Part shown: piece after piece, positions 61,285-64,000 of the stretch | How positions within the stretch are numbered: position 1 is the stretch's first letter | Layout: each line of letters begins with the position of its first letter | From: Felis catus | Lineage: Eukaryota | Length of the DNA stretch: 64,000 bases | Direction of reading: 5' to 3' | NCBI RefSeq assembly: GCF_018350175.1 | Contig: NC_058378.1 | Coordinates: forward strand, 76,508,001-76,572,000 | Notes under the pieces: model-generated | Seen by the model: only the letters and a program-made list of their open reading frames with translations | Database searches by the model: none | What the model was told of the DNA's origin: nothing | Program-made: the position numbers and the translations under genes

Positions 61285-61385
61285 CGACCACGTGCATCAG
61301 ACTTTCCTGGGGCCCAGCTCAGACTTCCCTGAATCAACATATGGAATGGAGCCCTGGGAATCTGCATTTTCAACAGGTGCGCCTT
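61285..61385. mobile_element. MER5-like fragment
   Basis: GCATCAGAC...CTGAATCA...GGAGCCCTGGGAATCTGCATTTTCAACAGG. Confidence 0.6.
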
Positions 61386-61839
61386 CTGTCCACCACATCT
61401 GGGGACTACTGACGTGCAGCCTACACCTTCTTGTGCTGGAGGGTCTCCTCTGGTTCTTTTCCGGCTGCACAGACTACCCTTCCCCAACTCCTGCCATCAG
61501 GTGGGGCCATATGGAACGTGGGTGTTCGACAGGTGGTGAGCTCCGGTTGGGGCAGCGTAAATTTAGTGGCCTTTAGTGGCCTGTCATTGTCCTCCTCTGT
61601 TGGGGACGAGCATGCAGCTGTGTGTTGAGACGGCAGAACTTCTCCACGTTAGCAGAGAGACAGCTTCCCTGGAGAGTCATAGCATTGGCAGTGGACTTTG
61701 TGGGCCAGAAGGAAACTTTTTGCGTTAATGGCGATTTTAGGGATTGATTAGCTGCTGAAGCACAAGTCTGTTCCATCTGGCTAATACACTTGGGATAATT
61801 TTGCTTGCTCTCTAGAAACAAAGTCATTTGAGGCAAAGT

Positions 61840-62290
61840 GGTATGATGAAAAACTATGGACTTTGGAGCTAGACAGGTCTATGTTTGGATTTTAGCTCTG
61901 CCACTAACCAGCAAGTTGCCTAAAATCTCCGAACCTCGATTTCTTCATGTGGGAAAGAAGAACAATACTTACCTCATTGGATGTTAGTAGATAAGATGCT
62001 TTTTTTTTTTTATAACCCCTGTCCTTAAAAAAAATTTTTTTAAAAATGTTTACTCATTTATTTTTAAGAGAGTGTGTGAGCGGGGGAGGGACAGGGAGAG
62101 AGACAAAGAATCTGAAGCAGGCTCCAGGTTCCGAGCTGTCAGCACAGAGGCCGATGCGGGGCTGGAATCCACAAACTGAGATCATGAGATCTTGACCTGA
62201 GTCGAAGTTGGACGCTTAACCGACTGAGCCACCCAGGCGCCCTAGGAGATAAGGTGCTTTAAGCACCTACAGTACATGGAACAAAAATGA
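61840..62290 (+). mobile_element. MIR split by a Can-SINE
   Basis: GGACTTTGGAGCTAGACAGG...GCTCTGCCACTAACCAGC...ATACTTACCTCATTGG | TTTAAGCACC. Confidence 0.7.
62000..62242 (-). mobile_element. Can-SINE, antisense in PLPP4 intron 1, with a 15-nt extra 3' tag and a 7-bp internal duplication (TGAGATC)
   Basis: 18-bp TSD TAG(T/G)AGATAAG(A/G)TGCTTT at 61985-62002 and 62243-62260. Confidence 0.93.
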
Positions 62291-62364
62291 GATGCCTTCT
62301 CCCCACTCTTGTGAATCTCTACTACGTATAGTTGGTGTCTGAGAATAACAGTGTAGCACAGGGG

Positions 62365-62590
62365 TCAGGACCATGGCCTTTGGCATTGGTTGCTGAGGCT
62401 TGAATCCAGATTTTGACACTTATTAGTTGCATGAGCCTTTGGGGAAAGTATTTATCCAGCTTAGATCCTTGTTTCTCCCTCTGTTCCACAGTAAAAATAG
62501 CAGTACCCATGAACGTAAGGCTTGGGAGTATTAAATGAGAGAGTATTCAGCTCATCATGGGTGCTCAGAAAATGGAAATGTTATTACCAT
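62365..62590 (+). mobile_element. MIR
   Basis: GGCTTGAATCCAGATTTTGACACTTATTAGTTGCATGAGCCTTTGGGGAAAG...GTAAAAATAGCAGTACCC...GGGTGCTCAGAAAATGG. Confidence 0.75.
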
Positions 62591-64000
62591 TGTCCTTTTG
62601 TTAAGATGAATCCATAATGTACGCTAAAGAGAAACGCTATAGGTAGCTAACAATACTCTGATTACAAATGATTTACTACGGGATTTCTATAAACTAGTAA
62701 ACTTCTTTAAATACATTTCGCATGATTCCTTTTAGTCCCCGTGAGGCAAGTATGTAACTTGAGCTCATGAATGAGCTCATTCAGTGAGCCGTACCCCCAT
62801 AGAGCAGCGTGGCTGGCTCGCTGTCTAATGGACGGGTGGTCCCAGTACTGTCGTTTCTCATATGTGACTTACATTGCTGGCCGTTTACAACAGTGATTTT
62901 AGGACATCAACTCCGAAGGGGCATTAGCATAACTGCATTGGGCCACGTGAAAGGAAAATGCTGCATTCCTATAATTTTCTTCCGACACCCAGTGTCCGAA
63001 GCCCTGCGCAGGGAGTTTTCCATCAGACACCCTCCCGGGGCCCTGTCCACCCCCAGTCGGGGTGGGTGGAGTGCGGTGAGCATCTCTTCCCTCCCTGGGG
63101 AGGCTTCTGCCTTGTCATCTGATAAATGGAGCAGCCTTCTGCTTGAAATATTATTTGCCACTGTAAAGTGAGTCTGCTGAACCCAGAATTCTGAGAATTG
63201 ATGATGTTCTGCCACAGGGAGATAAATGCTTATAACACGACGAAAAGGAGATCATTAGTTTCATAACTTGTAGACAAAGTTATCTCAACTAGTTATAAAG
63301 ATGATGCCTTTCATGACCCACACAAGGCTCATAAAAGCACCATACCTCCCTCTATTTTCCTATGATAGTGTTCTTAAATATGAAAATCATCATAGTAATA
63401 CTTGTTTCTTTAGTAAATATAACCTGTGGGTGAATCAGAAGCACCGGTTTACAGTGCGGAGGGGGACTGACACAGAACCATACCCGCCAGTGCCATCATT
63501 AACCAAAGGCACAAAGGTGTAGAGGGGCTTGGAGATGTCCCGGGATGGACGAGCAGGACGCACAGAGAATCTGGGAGTCTTGAGCCCAGGGATGGCCGCA
63601 TCACCAGCTTTCAATATGTGACTGAAAAACTGTCCTACAAAGGTGAGAGACTAGTTGTGATTCGGTCTCCACTGCAGACAAAGGAGCAAGAAACAGGGTC
63701 AGAATCCGTAGGAGGAGCATTTAGGTTGGTTTTCAGAAAAGTAGGCAGTCTGCCAGTCACTGGGAGACATTTCTTTTCTCCTTTTCCGGAGGGTTTTAAA
63801 AACATTTTTATGAAAGTGTTAGTTCGAACCATATGCAGTGGCTGATATTTGACTGTTTTGACCTACAAAAGCAAGAATTTCATTGAATTCAACCTAAAAA
63901 TAAAATACACAAGGAAACAAATGCATGATTTATAATTGCACAGCTTCCCAGAATACCCTCTGCCCACCAAGCCCCATTTCCCCCGCCCTCAGGGTTCAGT

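Larger units (their letters stand above)
55636..64000 (+). other. PLPP4: PLPP4 intron 1 (partial; runs off the window)
   Basis: Starts at GTAAGT donor; I found no sequence encoding the expected continuation (FTEFLDPFQRVIQPEEIW...) downstream in the window. Confidence 0.85.

Noticed and set aside
1-64000. CRISPR arrays, operons, rRNA/snRNA genes or a new multi-gene system
   Set aside because: None seen; the recurring ~200-bp units are dispersed SINEs with individual TSDs, and the window is ordinary mammalian intergenic plus intronic DNA.

Overview
Mammalian genomic DNA from a felid (cat family), judged by 22 Can-SINE copies (15 minus, 7 plus), several of the young SINEC_Fc type. About 54 kb of intergenic sequence is built from layered repeats (Can-SINE, L1, L2, MIR, CR1/L3, MaLR/ERVL LTRs, MER5, microsatellites) and contains one 165-N assembly gap. 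It is followed by a CpG island (~54.8-56.5 kb) holding the promoter and first coding exon of PLPP4 (PPAPDC1A; MRELAIEIGVRALLFGVFV, 56 nt, 55580-55635, GT donor at 55636) and ~8.4 kb of intron 1. I did not find exon 2 in the window. Nearly all ORFs in the supplied track are by-products of repeats or high GC. I found no new protein-coding or multi-gene system. The best leads are small: (1) a young antisense SINE in PLPP4 intron 1 that could act as a poison exon; (2) a SINE carrying a 15-nt non-SINE tag before its poly(A); (3) an unexplained diverged ~114-bp tandem repeat; (4) a probable ERV solo LTR; (5) a (TG)23 microsatellite apparently born inside one copy of a target-site duplication (TSD); (6) a nested SINE-in-SINE. 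Repeat family names come from recalled consensus sequences, not a database search. Boundaries of old repeats are approximate.
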